From NCBI GenBank assembly GCA_040508235.1, contig JBEVNG010000374.1, forward strand, positions 1-46,173: 46,173 nucleotides of DNA. Reading direction: 5' to 3'. Both the position numbers and the translations under genes were made by a program. The notes beneath the pieces were generated by a model. The model was not told the origin of the DNA, did not search any database, and saw only the letters and a list, made by a program, of their open reading frames with translations. Positions 42,397 to 46,173 of the stretch are shown here, in pieces (the stretch's first letter is position 1; the number at the start of each line of letters is the position of its first letter). The DNA comes from Polyangiales bacterium (lineage in GTDB: Bacteria > Myxococcota_A > Polyangia > Polyangiales > DASUME01).

Positions 42397-45300
42397 GTGA
42401 TCGCTCGCAAATGTTTGCCGATGTTCACCGCGGCGCTCGCGCTGTCGCTCACCGCCACGAGCGTCGCGCGCGCCGAGTCTCCGTACGACGCGCGCGCGGC
42501 GCGCTATCAGGCGCGTGCACTCGCGAAGGGGCGCGATCCGAGCAGCACCATCGAGCTGCTGGAGCTGCTGCGCCAGGGCGATCACAGCGATCCCAAGCTC
42601 GCGCGCGCGACGTACGAGAAGCTGGCCAAGAGCCCGGCGCTCGGCATCGAGCAGCGCATGATGATGGCGCGCGCGGCCGCCAACGCGCTGCGCCGCGCGG
42701 GGGAGCTGCCGGCGAGCACCAAGGCCTACCGCGAGCTCGGCTACCTGCACGACTTCCGCGTGATCGGTCCGTTCGACAACGAGGGCAAGCGCGGCTTCGA
42801 CTTCGAGCTCGGCCCCGAGCGTGACCGCAAGGGTGCCGTGCAGAACGGCGTCGAGTTCGATGGCCGCGAGCGCAAGGTGCGCTGGCGCAAGCTGCCCGAT
42901 GTGGTGCAGAGCGGCCAGGTTGACTTCGACGCGCTGCTGCGCCCCAACGAGAACGTCTGCGCGCTGGCCGAGACCACGCTCAGCTTCGACAAGCCGGCCA
43001 CCCTCACCCTGTGGCTCGGCGGCGGCGGCGCCACCAAGCTCTACTTCAACGGCGACGAGGTGATCCGCGACGCCGGCTACCGCGGCAACGGCTACGACCG
43101 CACCGCCGCGCGCGTGCAGGCCCACGCCGGCGACAACCGCGTGCTGGTCAAGAGCTGCACCACCAACGGGCCGCTCGGTGTCTCGGTGCGCGTAGGCAAC
43201 CTCAACGGCGAGCCGCTGCTGGTCGCGCACAGCGCCGACAAGCTCGACGCGATCAGCGGCGAGGGCGCCAAGGTGCAGACCACGCCGACCACGGTGCTGG
43301 CGCAGCTGGAGAAGGCGGTCGCCACGCCCAAGCCGCAGGCCCAGGCGCTGGAGAACCTGGCGCGCTACCTGGCCTACTCCAACGCGGACGATCCGGCCGA
43401 GCGACGCGCGCGTCAGCTCGCGCTGCGCGCCGCCGAGCTGCAGCCCACGGGCCCGCGCTACCTGCTCGCCAGCCAGCTCGCGGAGGAGCGCTACGAGAAG
43501 GCGCGACTGCTGGAGAAGGCGCGCAAGCTGACGCCCAACGATGCCGACGTGCAGCTGGCCGCGGCGCAGGTGGTCAGCGCGGGTCCTGGTAGCGAGCGCG
43601 CCCTGCGTATGCTCGACAAGCTGCCGGCGGACGGCGCGGCTGGGCTCGACACGCTGGTGCTGCGCGCGCAGCTGTTGCGTAGCCTCGGCCTGCGCGACAG
43701 CGCCAAGGGCATCGCCAAGGCCGCGCTCACGCGTGCGCCCAAGGCGGAGCTGCTGCTGGAGCTCAACTCGGAGCTCGCCTCCGAGGAGACGCGCAAGGAC
43801 GAGCTGCTCAAGCTGTCCAGCGACCTGCTCGCGCAGCGCTACGACCACTTCGGCGCGCGCCGCACGCTGACCGAGGCCGCGATCGCCGCCGGCAAGGATC
43901 AGGACGCGCTGGCGCACCTCGACGCGATGCGCGCGCTCTGGCCCAGCAACGAGCGCCGCGCGCTCTACATTGCCGACCTGTACGACGCGCTCGGCAAGGA
44001 CGACCTGGAGCTGGCCACGCTCACGCGCGCGCTCGAGGTCGCTCCGGAGAGCACCGCGCTGCACGTGCGCATGGGTCGCGCGTTCCTGCGCGCCGGCCGC
44101 ACCGAGGCCGCCGCCGACAGCCTGCGCCGGGCGCTCCTGCTCAGCCCGCAGGACGCCGCCACGCGCGAGCTGCTGGAGCAGATCGCACACGAGAAGCGGC
44201 TCGACGAGGCGTACGCGCAGCCGACCGATGCGCTGCTCGCGCACCGCGTGGGCAAGAGCGATCGCCCGGTCACGATCCTGAACGACCTGCAGGTCGCCAC
44301 CGTGTTCGAGAACGGCCTGGGCTCGCGCTTCGTGCAGTTCGCGGCACAGGTGCACGATCAGGAGGGCGCACGCCGCCTGCGCGCGCGCTCGATCCAGTTC
44401 GACCCCGAGACGCAGCGCGTCGACGTGCGCATGGCGCGCGTGTATCGCGCCGACGGCCGCGTGCTGGAGGCCACCGAGACCTACGAGCAGCAGCTGGGCG
44501 AGCCGTGGTACCGCATGTACTACGACACGCGCGCGCTGACCGTGGTGTTCCCGGATCTCGAGCCCGGCGACAGCGTGGAGCTGCGCTACCGCATCGACGA
44601 CGTGGCGCCGCGCAACGTGTTCGCGGACTACTTCGGCGACCTGCACACGCTCGGCGGCGACGAGCCGCGGCAGCAGGTCGAGTACGTGTTGATCACGCCC
44701 AGCTCGCGCAACTTCTACGTCAACAAGCCCAAGCTGGAGCTGAAGCACGAGGAGAAGACCGAGGGCAACAAGCGCATCCAGACGTTCACCGCCAAGAACC
44801 TGCCGGCGATCCGCAGCGAGCCCAACATGCCGGGCTTCACGGAGTGGGTGCCGTACCTGCACGTGTCGACCTACGAGAACTGGGAGAAGGTCGGACGCTG
44901 GTGGTGGGGCCTGGTGCGAGACCAGCTGTACGCGGACGACGAGCTCAAGCGCGTGGTCGCGCAGCTGAAGCAGGGCGTGCCTCAGGGACGTGATTACGAG
45001 CGCGAGATCGCGCAGCGCGTCTACGGCTGGGTGGTGAAGAACACGCGCTACGTGGCGCTGGAGTTCGGCATCCACGGCTTCATGCCCTACCGCGTGCCGG
45101 ACATCGCGCGGCGCGGCTTCGGCGACTGCAAGGACAAGGCGTCCCTGATCTACACCATGCTGCGCGAGGCCGGCGTCGATGCGCGCCTGGTGCTCGTGCG
45201 CACGGATCGCAACGGTGACATCGACTCCGAGCCCGCCTCGCTGTCGGTGTTCGATCACGCGATCGCGTACGTGCCCAAGCTCGACCTCTACCTCGACGGC

Positions 45301-46050
45301 ACCGCCGAGCACAGCGGCACGCGCGAGCTGCCCAAGGGCGACCAGGGCGTGATGGTGCTGGTGGTGGGACCGGACTCGGTGGAGCTCAAGAAGACGCCGG
45401 TGCTGCCGGCCGAGAGCAACCTGCGCCAGCGCAAGGTCGAGATCGCGCTGGAGGAAGACGGCTCGGGCACGCTCAGCTCCGACGAGCGCATCACGGGCGC
45501 GGACGCCGCCGGCTACCGCAGCAACTACGAGGCTGCCGGCACGCGTCGCGAGCGCCTGGAGCGGCAGCTGGCCGGCGGCATGCCGGGCCTGTCGCTGGAG
45601 CAGCACGCGTTCACGGGCCTCGACGACATCGAGCGCGACGTCACCATGCAATACAAGATCAAGGCTCCGCAGCTGGCGCGCCCCGAGGGCAGCGAGCTGC
45701 GCATCGGCGGCAGCGCGCTCAACGACCTGGTGCGCGAGCTGGCGGCCAGCCCGACGCGCACGTACACGCTCGACCTCGGCCTGCCGCGCGTCTACCGCGA
45801 GGAGCGCACCGTCAAGGGCCCGAAGGGCTTCGTGGTGAAGAAGCCGCCGGAGGGCGGCGAGGTGAAGAGCCGCTTCGGCAGCCTGAGCGTCAAGACCGAG
45901 CAGAGCGGCAGCGGCGTGCTCACCAAGACCCACTTCGAGCTGTCGGTCGATCGCGTGCAGCCGAACGACTACGCCGAGTTTCGCAAGTTCGTGGAGCGCG
46001 CCGACGGCCTCCTGCGCCAGCGCATCGCTTTTAGCAAGGAGTCGCAGTGA
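42397..46050 (+). CDS. Large secreted TPR / DUF3857 / transglutaminase-like protein
   Basis: GTG at 42397, 7 nt after GGAG. Signal (M)IARKCLPMFTAALALSLTATSVARA. Central TPR-like helices. Transglutaminase core GFGDCKDKASLIYTMLREAGVDARLVLV, preceded by a DUF3857-like region. Alternative ATG at 42421. Confidence 0.8.
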   Translation: MIARKCLPMFTAALALSLTATSVARAESPYDARAARYQARALAKGRDPSSTIELLELLRQGDHSDPKLARATYEKLAKSPALGIEQRMMMARAAANALRRAGELPASTKAYRELGYLHDFRVIGPFDNEGKRGFDFELGPERDRKGAVQNGVEFDGRERKVRWRKLPDVVQSGQVDFDALLRPNENVCALAETTLSFDKPATLTLWLGGGGATKLYFNGDEVIRDAGYRGNGYDRTAARVQAHAGDNRVLVKSCTTNGPLGVSVRVGNLNGEPLLVAHSADKLDAISGEGAKVQTTPTTVLAQLEKAVATPKPQAQALENLARYLAYSNADDPAERRARQLALRAAELQPTGPRYLLASQLAEERYEKARLLEKARKLTPNDADVQLAAAQVVSAGPGSERALRMLDKLPADGAAGLDTLVLRAQLLRSLGLRDSAKGIAKAALTRAPKAELLLELNSELASEETRKDELLKLSSDLLAQRYDHFGARRTLTEAAIAAGKDQDALAHLDAMRALWPSNERRALYIADLYDALGKDDLELATLTRALEVAPESTALHVRMGRAFLRAGRTEAAADSLRRALLLSPQDAATRELLEQIAHEKRLDEAYAQPTDALLAHRVGKSDRPVTILNDLQVATVFENGLGSRFVQFAAQVHDQEGARRLRARSIQFDPETQRVDVRMARVYRADGRVLEATETYEQQLGEPWYRMYYDTRALTVVFPDLEPGDSVELRYRIDDVAPRNVFADYFGDLHTLGGDEPRQQVEYVLITPSSRNFYVNKPKLELKHEEKTEGNKRIQTFTAKNLPAIRSEPNMPGFTEWVPYLHVSTYENWEKVGRWWWGLVRDQLYADDELKRVVAQLKQGVPQGRDYEREIAQRVYGWVVKNTRYVALEFGIHGFMPYRVPDIARRGFGDCKDKASLIYTMLREAGVDARLVLVRTDRNGDIDSEPASLSVFDHAIAYVPKLDLYLDGTAEHSGTRELPKGDQGVMVLVVGPDSVELKKTPVLPAESNLRQRKVEIALEEDGSGTLSSDERITGADAAGYRSNYEAAGTRRERLERQLAGGMPGLSLEQHAFTGLDDIERDVTMQYKIKAPQLARPEGSELRIGGSALNDLVRELAASPTRTYTLDLGLPRVYREERTVKGPKGFVVKKPPEGGEVKSRFGSLSVKTEQSGSGVLTKTHFELSVDRVQPNDYAEFRKFVERADGLLRQRIAFSKESQ

Positions 46051-46173
46051 TGCGTAAGACGGGAGCGATTGCCTGCGCGCTGATGATCGCGTCGTGCGGC
46101 GGCTTGCAGACGCGCACCGCGCGCGACGAGCGTCCAATCGACCGCCTGCGCGGGGTCGCCAAGGCTAACGACG
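46050..46173 (+). CDS. Lipoprotein, 3'-truncated by the window edge
   Basis: ATG at 46050 shares one nucleotide with the upstream TGA. Lipobox MRKTGAIACALMIASC. Confidence 0.5.
   Translation, partial: MRKTGAIACALMIASCGGLQTRTARDERPIDRLRGVAKAND

Noticed and set aside
42220-46137. 1305-aa ORF on the minus strand
   Set aside because: It is antisense to the transglutaminase-like gene, with the same low-complexity Arg/Ala/Leu composition and no recognisable domain.
1-46173. Search for CRISPR arrays, IS elements, integrases, toxin-antitoxin pairs or known defence genes
   Set aside because: No regularly spaced direct repeats, no transposase, integrase or recombinase motifs, and no small paired ORFs were seen. 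The only tandem repeat is the 24-bp hexamer tract at 19235-19258.

Overview
A 46.2-kb window of about 70% GC, densely coding, with no CRISPR array, transposase or integrase visible. It looks like a Myxococcota chromosome, because it carries a MYXO-CTERM-type sorting tag, a eukaryote-like Ser/Thr kinase, sterol genes and a minor-pilin/PilY1 set. Many long ORFs in the track are antisense or alternative-frame artefacts of high GC. I chose frames by recognisable motifs, signal peptides, Shine-Dalgarno sequences and ATGA/GTGA coupling. Modules from left to right: (1) A di-haem cytochrome c gene, 5'-partial. (2) A ten-gene minus-strand array running from 12771 down to 1641. It encodes a haem-oxygenase-like di-iron enzyme, a VOC protein, a beta-hydroxyacid dehydrogenase, a TauE/SafE permease, an exported Asp-nucleophile hydrolase, a PAPS sulfotransferase, an atypical CysK-like enzyme, CysE, a propeller-DUF1111 di-haem protein and a TPR protein. 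(3) A convergent LuxI/LuxR pair, head-to-head with that array. (4) Cys-rich lipoproteins and a Ser/Thr kinase. (5) A sterol module: an oxidosqualene cyclase plus a 1132-aa fusion of squalene epoxidase, a toroid-repeat domain and squalene synthase. (6) A five-gene envelope operon: TonB-dependent receptor, HmuY-like lipoprotein, MYXO-CTERM Asp-box propeller, His-rich YtkA-like lipoprotein and pentahaem cytochrome. (7) An ABC-2 exporter and a GT1 glycosyltransferase. (8) tRNA-Leu(CAG). (9) FimT/PilV/PilW/PilX/PilY1 followed by four translationally coupled unknown genes. (10) A large TPR/DUF3857/transglutaminase protein. The best candidates for something new are the cognate LuxI/LuxR pair with its adjacent sulfur-themed enzyme array, the tri-domain sterol fusion, and the receptor-to-cytochrome operon. 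All family assignments rest on motifs read by eye and need HMM or BLAST confirmation.
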